Below, piece after piece: positions 11,001 to 21,852 of a DNA stretch of 64,000 nucleotides. A program made the translations under genes and the position numbers. The notes beneath the pieces were generated by a model. The model was given only the letters and a program-made list of their open reading frames with translations, searched no databases and was not told the DNA's origin. The stretch spans positions 124,001 to 188,000 of the forward strand of contig NIVC01000735.1 of NCBI GenBank assembly GCA_002269645.1, read 5' to 3'. The DNA comes from Macrostomum lignano. Taxonomy: Eukaryota. Position 1 is the stretch's first letter. Each line of letters opens with the position of its first letter.

Positions 11001-14000
11001 AACTTGCTCCAACTTGCTCAGCACACTAACGAAAACATTTTACGTCATTCTGCAGCAAAACATCAGCGGCCTGCAAATCAATGGGAGTCAACAGGTGCGA
11101 ACTAATCAAACATTCTTGCTTACTTTGAGTGTTGAGCAGGGAAGTCACGTGGTCTACTTTGTGGAATTTGGCAACGGAAGTTCAGCAAACTATTCTGCTG
11201 CACACCTGTTTGCTTGGCAAATGGTGGACACAGTGGCGGTGCATTTCAACAGGCCTGGAGGATTCAACGTGGCTGTCAGGGCCACTAACTTTCATACTAA
11301 TTCGGATGTTCAAGTACTCTATGTCATAGTACAGAATCCTGTCAGCTCACTGTCCATTCACGTTCCTCAATATATCGAGCTCAGTTCTCACGGCATCATG
11401 ACCATCAGTCATAAAGAACCACAGCCAACTAACGCCACTTGTTATATCCGTTTTGCCGGTCGGTCAGAGAATATCTCTTTCTCAGGATTCGCGAATTTGT
11501 CCATTGGCTGTACCAGGGCTCTTCTAGCCAGTCCCGAGCTGGTCAGAGTCACGTGCTGGAATCTCGTGTCATCCATAGAATTAGCAAACTCCAGCTTTCA
11601 ATGCCAAGAAGCTTTGTCAGGCTTGGCGTGGTCAGGCCCTCTGGTAGTTCAGCGGGCTGAGATGCTAAACTTCACGGCACACTTGGATTCTGGCACTGGT
11701 GTTCGAGTCAATGTGAACAGCAGTGACGGGCAGTGGATCTCACTGGCCTACGGGGACACGGCGACTGCAATCTTCAATATCAGTGGCAACTATAGCGCAA
11801 ACATATTTGGCTGGAATGGCGTTAGCAGCCAATATATCTTAGTTGAGAAAATCGTTGTGCAAGACCTTGTTAGCGACTTGCAGATTGAGTACAATGAGAG
11901 CGTATTGTACACTCCAGGACTGGTGCACTTCATCCTCAGCAGCTCATTGAGTCTCACCAATCTGCACTGCCACTTCAGCTGGGGAAAATTCGGCACTCGC
12001 TATCTGTTCGTGCCAGAGGTTGGCAACGGTGCTGAGGCTTTGCTGATCCATCAGTTCGGAAGAGCCGCACTGGGGCTCCAGAACTTCACCTTGAACTGCT
12101 CAAACCTTATCTCATGGCAGCTGCTTCCCATCACTGTGGATATTGTGCTCGATGCAGTGAAGATTTCTAGTTTCCGGACCAATGGCTCGGTATTTCTATC
12201 GAATGCAACAACACTCATCCTGGAAATCGCGAGATTCGGAACCGGAGGCTGTTTTATGATCGACTATGGCGATTCAAGCGTTGAATTCTTTGGAGTAGGC
12301 GATGTGTGCAGACAGCATGCAAGCAATCGGAGCACCGAGTTCACTGAACTGTCCTACACCAACCTGTCCGTTGTATTCTCTCACACGTTTCCGGATCTCG
12401 GCAAGTATCACGCAAGCGTGTTTGCCTTCAATCACGTCAGCAACGACACAGCCAACACTGTTGCAGAGGTTCTGGATTGGATGTGCGAGCCTCCAGCCTT
12501 GAACTTTACCTACAAAGGAAGAAATATTACGCAAGATGATTCGGAGCCACCATTGCAGATGATGCGTTCAGAGCTACTGACAGTAGATTGCTTGGTAGAG
12601 TTAAACTGCTTAAAGACCAGCACCACTGTACGGCAGTGGCGAATCGAGGACACTAACGGGCCTCTAAACTTGGCCTTGCCCGACTCGTTCACCCTCAGCC
12701 TGCCAAGCAGAACTCTGTGGTATGGAATGTACAGAGTGCTGCTTAACGTGTCCATGTTCGCAGTTCGACCGCCGGTGTCTGCTGAGTTCTTCTGGCTTAA
12801 CGTCACCAAGACTCCACTGACGCTGCAGTTTGCTCCTTCAAATGTGTCAGTTGACTACAATCAAACTGAAGTTTTAACTGTAAACGCTCGTGACTGGGAT
12901 GTTGAGAACGGAAACCTAACAGGTATGCAGTTCCAGTGGCACTGCAGGCAGGAGGCAGAGTCCAGCGGCTTCCCATTGGGAAGCTTCGATCGAGTCAGCG
13001 TTCCGGATAACCAAAGTGTCATCGGCTTCAGGGGCTGCTGGGGCAACGGCGCTGGTGTTTTTCTCGAAGGCCCAATGCTGAACGAGACAGTTATCAACTC
13101 ATGGCACCTGCTGCCAAATAGGTCCTATGTGATTCGAGTGGCAATCTACAAGGATTCTCGAAAAGCCACCGCTGATCTGTTGTTTTTCGTCCGGCCTCAG
13201 AAGACAGCAATAGTTGGGTTGAAGTGAGTTTCTTTTAAGATTGCTTTTTTCAGCGGAAGTTCCTCCCATTCGTACGCCATCCGTACTTTATTGCAGATGT
13301 GTCAGAAATTGCGGTGAAAAGGTCACGCCGAACATGCCGCTAAGCATTACTGTGAAATGTTTGGCTTACTGCGGATCAAAGTTTGACAGTCTCAATTACA
13401 CATGGGGGATGAAGCCCTATCTCAGCAGTCAATTCGACGACTTGACAAATTCCATTGAGCTCAGTAAGTTTCATTCTTTTTATCCGTAGAAAAACAGCTT
13501 ATTGTTCTCAAGATCGGTATATTATGAGTGCTTGCAATTCAGTAAGGCACTGATTTTGCCTGGAGAAGAGAAAAATGCAGTGAATGCAGTGAGTGCAGTG
13601 CAGAGAGGCCTTTGGGCCTCTATAATTTTTTTTAGAGAATCTTAGGCGAGCAATGCCTCGTGCTTCCAAATGACCTTATTTCAGATCCCACCAGGGACAA
13701 AGTCACCCGCAAGCCGGGCACCCTGCAGACTGGTGTCCTTTATCTGGTGCAAGTTTTTGCCACCAGCTACGCGCAGGAAGGTCCTGGAACAGAATCTGCG
13801 TTGTTCTTAATTAACCAACCGGCCAGCTCTGGGAGCTGCGATGTTGAACCGAAAATGGGAATTGCGATGCTCACACGATACCAAATCTCCTGCTGGGGCT
13901 GGGTGGAGTTCAACGTGACGGAGTCCCGGCTCACCTACGAGTATCGGATCCGGCCGAAGGGAGAGCGCAGAAGCATGCTGCTGTTCTACGGACCCGTCGC

Positions 14001-17000
14001 AGTGTCGCCCTGGGTCATCCTGCCTGTCGGTGCCCTTCAGCAGAACTATGGATCAGAAGTGCTAATTAATATCATCGACCGGCTGGACGACAGGACAAAG
14101 GCTATCGTGAACATAATTGTAAGGGTGCAGCTGCCTGACAAAATTATTGAAAGCAGTACAAAGTGTATAAAATTATCGAATTCACAGGTAAACCCGCCAC
14201 CGATACCTGCATCCGTGCTTCTCGCCAACGTTTCATCTGAGCTGGATGAGAATGACAGCCAGCTCGCCCACCTCCTGACGAGCGGAAATCAGCAAGGAGC
14301 CGCTACCACCCTGATCTCTCTCTTGTCCGTCATGAATGCCAAAAATGAAGACGCCGAAGGTGCCAACGCAACTGCCGAGGAGACGGCAGCTTTTCAGCTT
14401 GAAATGACCAAGGTGAGAAATGCTTTATGAACCAGCACGTCGTAAGTCTAGGAGTTTCTAACACTGATACTAATTATTGCATTGCAGCAACGCACGAAGC
14501 TGATAAAAATTCTGGCAAACTTCTCATTGAATTCACCTGGAGATCTGGAGCAGGTGAACGATGTGCTGCGAAACTCAGTGCCCACAGAGAGAGCAAATCA
14601 AATCGAGCTGAAGCCTTTGGTGAGGTCATCAACTTTTTGAACATAAGTGACTTTGGCAAGCAAATTATATTGCACCGATCGCTACTTCCAGAATGTCTGC
14701 TCTTCAATGCTGCAAAAAGTGGTGGAAAGCTTTGCCGAGTTCCAGTCTGCGCTTCCGGCTGACACCAACGAATACATCGGATCTGGTAATTCGAGAGCTT
14801 ACAGTATATAGAGTATATAGGAAGTAAAATTTTACCATTTGTGCAATAAAACGGGATAGTTGGCACAAAATCCCACCGTCTAACCTCAGATATTGTCTCT
14901 ACAGCATCCAACATCTGGTTTGCAACGGACACCTTGCATAAGACTGCACTTGATCAGTTTCAAGACTGCTCCAACGAATCAACACCACAGTGCGAAACTC
15001 AGCTGACTGCGGAAACCCAGACTGTTCGTCAAGCGGTGGAATCAGTTCTAGAGTCGGTCAACTCAGTTTCTGACATCTTTCTAAGAAATACGGAATCGTT
15101 TTCAATTTCCGGGTCGCATATTTCCGTTCAAGGCGCAAATTTCCATTCAAACTCTACGAACTTCACCTTCAACACAGAATTTGGCACCGCGACCCTCGAA
15201 AAGATTGGCCTGTGCAGTTTCACAAAGATGCTTATGACGAGCTTGAATCCCTACCTGTGGCAGAATAGCTCAGTGGACTCAACAGTTCTCATGTCATATG
15301 CCCAGGGCTGCAAGTCTGATATAAAGATAGCACTGCGGACCAAGAAAGGTCAGGGCGAATTGGTGAAAGCTACTCCAACGGATCGCTGGCTGACTGTCTA
15401 TCATCAGATAAACGCTACTCATCACCCCGTCCAAGCCGTTGTGGAGCCCAAAAACTCTAGCGATCACCTGCTGCTGTCAGTACAATTTGGCTCGCTGCCA
15501 ACTCCTTCCGACTACCTGATGCAGACGGACAATGGTTTTCTGATTCTGCCCCAGTCCGAAGTCGCCTTTTACATTGGAGTGCGCCGCGCGAGCTGCTATC
15601 GGGACGCAAAGGGCGCTGTGATTCCAGAGTGTCCTGATCCGACTGTGGTGTACCACCTTAGCCTGTCCGAGCTTTCCTGTCGCTGGTGGAACTCCAGCCT
15701 TGAACTCTGGCAGTCTCTGCCTGCGGAGCTGTGCAGCATTGAAAGCAACCGCAGCTTTCCCGACAGACCGTTCTTCACCAGCCGACTGCTCGGCAGTCTG
15801 GGGGTCGGAGTGAGCATAGTGCCGAATCTGATAGACTTCGGTGAGCTCTTTAACAACTGGCAGGGAAAACTGGCTGACGCCAGAGCCGTTCTGGGCACCA
15901 TAGTTTCGCTCTGGATTGTATTCATTCCACTTGCTCTGCTGCTCAGGAGGATCGACTCTATTGACATGCTCAAGGTGAGTGGCTGCTAGTTTGTACGAGA
16001 AACTTTTAGATCCTGTCTCTCTGAGTGGCCATATGCTCGTAGTTTTGTCTTTAAAAATTCAGTTCCAATACTTGCGTCTGCGCGATGACCGCAAGCAACC
16101 ATTCGGATACCTGGTTGACGTCTTCACTGCCAGCGGCAAGAGGAGCGGCACAGAGGGGCTTCCTTTCCTCACCCTGTGCGGGGAATACGGATGGGAGATC
16201 TGTCGCGCTTTGAAGGACGGAATTCGCAAGGTAGCCAAGGGTGATTCAAAGCCTTGAGTCTGAAGACTATAACTGACTGATTTTTCGCATCTTTTTTATC
16301 TTGCAGAACTTTAAAGATGGTGACGTCAATCACTTTCTGCTGACCAGCAAAAAGCACCTGGGTGATATTCTTGGCATCCGACTGACACTGGACGGATCCA
16401 AAGAAACGCGTCATCCGTGGTGGCTCCGAAGAATTATGGTCACCGACCTGTATAGGGGCGCTATGTAATAATTGGAATAACCAAGTCTTGATTCCTTCAT
16501 TTTTTATTTCCTCAGATTGAACGTCTATACAAAAACTACAACTGAAATACCTATTGTCAATCACTTTAGATATATATTTGTTCCCACTGAACCGGTCGAA
16601 CCAAACGGTGTCCCAGTGAGCATCAACATGGCAACAATGGAGCTGTTGGAATTTCATCCACGCTTCATCCGAAGCAACCTTCTGCGCAAGTTCCAGGACG
16701 AGCACCTGTGGATGTCGGTGGTGGAGCGAAAGACAAACACAAACTTTACACGTCTGCAGCGCTTCGGCGTCTGCTTCAGCCTCCTCTTCCTGGCTATGCT
16801 GGCAAATGCAATGTACTATGGAGTTGGGACGGATGGCCCCACCGTCAGCGACTGGATTTTTTTAGGTCCCGTCAGACTGTCAGCCAATTCGACCATCATT
16901 TCATTTATCGGCTCAATGATTGTGTTACCGGTGTCCATCTGCATTACATTCCTGTTCCTCAAGTCCAAGTCTGAATCCCAGCCAGACAGCATCAATGCTT

Positions 17001-19549
17001 TGTGGCAGCAGTACAGATGCAAGTCTGAGCAGGCCTGTGAGCAGCAGGCGAGCAGCGCAGACAATGTGAGTAGCCAGATATTTAACTTCAGGGCATCAAG
17101 CAGTAGCTCGTGCTCATTCACATACCAGATTGTCATATGGATTGCCTTTGGGACATTATCCCCGAATAATAATCCCTTTCAATTGACAGCCTGACATCAT
17201 CGTTGTTCCTTCAAAACGTTCGCTGGAGAACCCCGCGTCCACCACAGTGATTACTCAGGACCTGCCGACCGCGGAGCGCAGGTGGCTGCCGCACTGGTTC
17301 CAGTGGATTGCTTGGATCATTACACTGAGCACGATGCTGTGCTGCAGCATTTTTCTGATATTCTTTGCCATGCAGTGGGACAGAGAAAAGTCGCAGGACT
17401 GGCTCGAGTCGTTTTTTCTGTCTTTCACCCAAACTGCCTTTTTGATTCAGCCTTTAAAGGTTTGAACTCTTCCGTTTGATAGCCGCCAAGTGCTGCATGA
17501 ATTAAAATAGCTATATACTAATAATGAATTCTTCCAACAGGTAGTGGCGGCGACCTTTGTCCTGGTCATTATCTTCCGAAAAGATCACGACTTCCAAAAC
17601 AAGCCACTTGTGAGAGTGCGCTACTACAATGATGGATATCGAAGGGGTGCGGCTAAGTGCTATTGTACTAATTGTATTTTGCTATTTCTTGTAGCTGTAT
17701 CTGAGGCGGTTGGCTGCACATTATTCATGAAATCTTGCCGCCGTTTGTAGAAGCCGTAGCGTACCTGCAAGAGCTGGAAGACTTGGCACAGCAGGATCCC
17801 GTTCGCCAAGCTGCGAAATCGATTTGCACTGAAGCTGGCGTCATGCTGCTGCTGATCGTGATGCTCTACTGCATTGCATTCAGCAACACGGACCCCTCTG
17901 TCTACCGAATGCACAATAACATCCTGAGTAGACTGAAGTACGCGAGTCTGGAAAATGTGACAGGCAAAACTGACGAGCTGTTTCACCGCTGGCACTTCGG
18001 TCTGCTGCCCGCTGTATTCCCGGACAAGTCGCGCTTCATGAGCGACCAAGCGGGCTTCCGGCTGAGCCGCCTGTCCATCCGACAGCTTCGCATTGACTCC
18101 GACCTCAGAGACGAGATCGGCTGCTTCAGTGCAAACTGGACTCGAAAAATCAGCTGCAACTTCGCGGCCGACCCGCTTTCCACCGCCTTTATGAACCGTC
18201 CCGATGGAGCTCCGTACTCTGGCCGCTCCCGCGACTACCGGGGCGGAGGCTTCGCTGTTCTCCTGCCTGACGGACTGGGCGCTAGCAGAGCCTTGCTGGC
18301 CCAGCTGCAGAGCCTCAACTGGCTTGACGAAAATACCGCGGTGGTCATTGTCGAACTGGACCTTTTCTATCCGAATGTTAACCTGTTTACATCTGTTGCT
18401 ATAGCGACCGAGTTCTGGCCGTTTGGTGGAGCAAGCAGCAGCGCAAGCCTGCTCACAGCGAACCTCTACCGCTACATTGGCGCAGCTGGCATCCTCACCC
18501 TGCTGTCCGAGATCCTGGCGGCTCTGCTCACCATCGCATTGTTGGTCCTGCTGGCTCTCAAAATTCAGCAGGAGCGACGCGATTTCCTGCGCAGCATTAG
18601 AAACCTGCTGGACACCTGCACCGTAGTTGCTATGCTGATCGCATGCGTTCTCTACCCCATGAGAGCTGCAGCCACAAGTGCTGCACTGGAGGGCGCAGTG
18701 AACACAGGCTGGCCGGGACTCCGGCAGCTGCTGCTGCACAATCACAAGTTTCTCTGCTGCATCGGAATCGCCATCGCCTGTCTGCAGCTCTCGCTGCTGC
18801 ATCTCAGCCGTTTCAGTGCCAGCCTGCGCCACCTGCTCACCACTCTACGCATCTCGACAAGTCAGTTCGCGTCATTTTCTCTTATCTTTTCCATAATGTT
18901 TCTGGCCTTCTGCTTGCTGCAGAATCTGCTTCTGGGAAGAAGCCACTACGCATTCAGCACCGTGCCCGGCACAATGTCCACACTGTTTTCCGCCATGCTG
19001 GGAAAGTTCGACGTCAGCGTCATCAACAACAGCAGCTGGCTGTCCATGCTGGCCTTCTCCGTCTACATGCTGATGCTGATGCTGGTTCTCGCGAACCTCT
19101 TCATCAGCGTCCTGACAAACTGCTACGCCGCGGCCAGGGAGGCCCACCTGGAGGACAACAGCAGTCCGATGCTACTGCAGTACATTTTGCGCAAGATTAA
19201 GAATATCTTGTTTTCAAGATCCGAGACTGCGACGTACACGGAAAGGGAAGGTACGAGCCATAATAGTGCTGCCTTCCGAATAGCAGATGATCGGAACATG
19301 CGGTCAGATGCTTTAACGATTTGAAGTAGTTCACAAATAGATAAAGTGCATGATTCTACACCTTTAATTTTCGTTTCAGAAATCGACGCGCTGGCCCTGC
19401 GCTTCGAGCGCGGCATCGACGCCATCGTGAACCTCGCCGTCAGGCACTGGGAGGACGCCAGCAGAATGGAAGCCCGGGCGATGCGGTCAAGACTCGCACG
19501 CTGGTGTCAGGGGGGTCGCGAGGGGCGACTGACTGAGGCGGAACTGTGA
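2420..19549 (+). CDS. Polycystin-1-like (PKD1L2/PKDREJ/LOV-1 class) 11-TM receptor-channel subunit, ~33 exons, ~4,500 aa, with several frameshifts
   Basis: Manual splicing with phase-consistent GT/GC-AG sites gives: F5/8C domains, 2 CTLs, FReD, EGF/EB, PKD repeats, REJ, GPS-like, TM1 (VPNLIDF..LF...V...RRID..D..K), PLAT ([15 protein letters not shown]...LGDILGIRL...[10 protein letters not shown]), [31 protein letters not shown]5-6 ([10 protein letters not shown]...QPLKV) and the polycystin channel domain ([12 protein letters not shown]; [14 protein letters not shown]). Stop TGA at 19547-19549. No start codon or signal peptide located. Confidence 0.92.
5403..5868 (-). mobile_element. 5'-truncated non-LTR retrotransposon (R1/LOA/I-type ORF2 C-terminus) in a PKD1-like intron, with 12-bp TSD
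   Basis: Minus strand: [43 protein letters not shown]...LTYLG..DL...[11 protein letters not shown], the post-RNase-H zinc-knuckle end of these LINEs. Flanked by the direct repeat CTTCATATCCTC at 5391-5402 and 5869-5880. Confidence 0.8.
8113..8256 (+). repeat. Intronic (GATCT)-rich degenerate repeat
   Basis: Multiple AGATCTGATC units are visible between two PKD1-like exons. Confidence 0.8.
8321..8881 (+). other. Fibrinogen-related (FReD) domain exon of the PKD1-like gene
   Basis: [52 protein letters not shown]....[12 protein letters not shown]...LTG matches fibrinogen C-terminal motifs (F.R.W..Y..GF, WLGL, FST.D.D, GGWW+..C). Splice phases match the neighbouring exons (1/1). Confidence 0.85.
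9901..13223 (+). other. Giant exon region: PKD repeats and start of the REJ domain
   Basis: 1108-aa ORF rich in N-x-S/T, with PKD motifs ([47 protein letters not shown]) and REJ entry ([16 protein letters not shown]). Confidence 0.85.
17695..19250 (+). other. Polycystin cation-channel domain exon (TM7-TM11 and TOP domain)
   Basis: ORF 17735-19324: TM7 ([17 protein letters not shown]), TOP domain ([49 protein letters not shown]), pore [18 protein letters not shown]11. Confidence 0.93.
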
Positions 19550-19709
19550 AATTGCAGCAAGAAAGCTTGCAGAATGAATGCCTAGAGGCAAACAGCATAA
19601 ACAATTCGTTTAATCTACTTAATAATTTTTAACAGATCAATACTTCAATAGATCAGTTTTTAGAGATTTATTACGATAGCAATTTTTTTTAAGTTTGAAA
19701 GTTCCTTAG

Positions 19710-20226
19710 GTCCTTGGCAAACAAATAGCTGCTAGTGGTCCTTGGCAAACAGATAGCTGCTAGTAGTCCTTGGCAAACAGATAGCTGCTAGTGGTCCTTG
19801 GCAAACAGATAGCTGCTAGTAGTCCTTGGCAAACAGATAGCTGCTAGTGGTCCTTGGCAAACAGATAGCTGCTAGTGGTCCTTGGCAAACAGATAGCTGC
19901 TAGTAGTCCTTGGCAAACAGATAGCTGCTAGTAGTCCTTGGCAAATAGATAGCTGCTAGTAGTCCTTGGCAAACAGATAGCTGCTAGTAGTCCTTGGCAA
20001 ACAGATAGCTGCTAGTAGTCCTTGGCAAACAGATAGCTGCTAGTAGTCCTTGGCAAACAGATAGCTGCTAGTGGTCCTTGGCAAACAGATAGCTGCTAGT
20101 GGTCCTTGGCACACAGATAGCTGCTAGTGGTCCTTGGCACACAGATAGCTGCTAGTGGTCCTTGGCAAACAGATAGCTGCTAGTGGTCCTTGGCAAACAG
20201 CTAGCTGCTAGTAGTCCTTGGCAAAC
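19710..20226 (+). repeat. 28-bp minisatellite, ~18 copies (GTCCTTGGCAAACAGATAGCTGCTAGT[G/A])
   Basis: Directly visible; starts ~160 bp after the PKD1-like stop. Confidence 0.97.
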
Positions 20227-20585
20227 AACCAGTTCACAGGACAGATCCCGCAGGACAGATTAATGTCAGCTCAAAGTTGAAGTCCTATGTCAAACATTTT
20301 TATCTCTTCACCAAAACATTTATCTAAACTAGCTAACACTTCAATCGCTTTTCTTCAATTTAAGTTGGCAATACGATATTAAAACATAATTCTTGATATT
20401 TCTATCAAAATACTTCTATCAAATACATTAAAAATCTGAAAAAAACTGTCTATCTTTTCTCCTATCCAGACAACCCAAAAACTAGAATAGTTAGTTCTTT
20501 GAAAAAAACAAAACACGAACTCAAGCTTTATTGTTTTTCTCAAACCGAACAGTCAGAGAAAGCCGCTAACAGACAAAAAAACAAA

Positions 20586-21253
20586 GAGATACTTTGACAG
20601 GAGATACTTTGACAGGAGATACTTTGACAGGATATAATTTGACAGGAGATACTTTGACAGGATATACTTTGACAGGATATAATTTGACAGGATATACTTT
20701 GACAGGATATAATTTGACAGGAGATACTTTGACAGGATATACTTTGACAGGATATACTTTGACAGGAGATACTTTGACAGGATATACTTTGACAGGAGAT
20801 ACTTTGACAGGATATAATTTGACAGGAGATACTTTGACAGGAGATACTTTGACAGGAGATACTTTGACAGGATATAATTTGACAGGAGATACTTTGACAG
20901 GATATACTTTGACAGGATATAATTTGACAGGAGATACTTTGACAGGAGATACTTTGACAGAATATACTTTGACAGGATATACTTTGACAGGAGATACTTT
21001 GACAGGATATACTTTGACAGAATATACTTTGACAGGATATAATTTGACAGGAGATACTTTGACAGGATATACTTTGACAGGATATACTTTGACAGAATAT
21101 ACTTTGACAGGATATAATTTGACAGGAGATACTTTGACAGGATATACTTTGACACGATATACTTTGACAGGAGATACTTTGACAGGAGATACTTTGACAG
21201 GATAGACTTTGACACGAGATACTTTGACAGGATATACTTTGACAGGATATACT
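20586..21253 (+). repeat. 15-bp minisatellite, ~44 copies (TTTGACAGGA[G/T]ATA[C/A])
   Basis: Directly visible; produces the spurious GDTLT/KYLLS ORFs. Confidence 0.97.
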
Positions 21254-21662
21254 TAACGACGACAGCGCCGAGAACGAGGCATAACAGAGGGTGAAATTGC
21301 GAGTTATAACTTTTTAAATCGATACACCATTTGGTAGCGCGCAAAGCCTGGGATTAGAAATTGTACAAAATAATGAACACTGGTTATTACTGAACTCGGG
21401 GAAACAAAAAACAATTAAATGAAACAATTAAACTTAATTAAATACGAAAATTATAATGAAAAATAGGGCAGCAGAAAATTCAATTAATTACACACTACTA
21501 AAGTGAAAAATAAATCAAGGAGCATAAAATTAGGACATAAAAAGCAATAAGCCGGGACAAAGTTACTTAGCAGATGTCTTACTTAAAAAACAGATAAACA
21601 GACTTCAGGGCAGTCTATCAACAGAAAATGTACATGTGTTTCGGAGTAATGGCAACTCCTAG

Positions 21663-21852
21663 CCGCTAGGCCTCCACAATGCGATTGCTCTGAGCGCTAG
21701 GCCTCCACAATGAGGTTGCCCTGAGCGCTAGGCCTCCACAATGCGGTTGTCCTGAGCGCTAGGCCTCCACAATGAGGTTGCCCTGAGCGCTAGGCCTCCA
21801 CAATGCGGTTGCCCTGAGCGCTAGGCCTCCACAATGAGGTTATCCTGAGCGC
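21663..21852 (-). repeat. 31-bp tandem repeat (~6 units) starting in the last codons of ZF copy A
   Basis: The unit GCGCTCAGGGCAACCTCATTGTGGAGGCCTA on the minus strand contains the stop codon. Confidence 0.9.

Noticed and set aside
17660-18832. 390-aa minus-strand ORF
   Set aside because: Antisense shadow of the polycystin channel exon.
19710-21253. CRISPR-like appearance of the 28-bp and 15-bp arrays
   Set aside because: Head-to-tail repeats without unique spacers, no cas genes, eukaryotic context.
20553-21344. 263-aa and 203-aa repetitive ORFs
   Set aside because: Artefacts of the 15-bp satellite.
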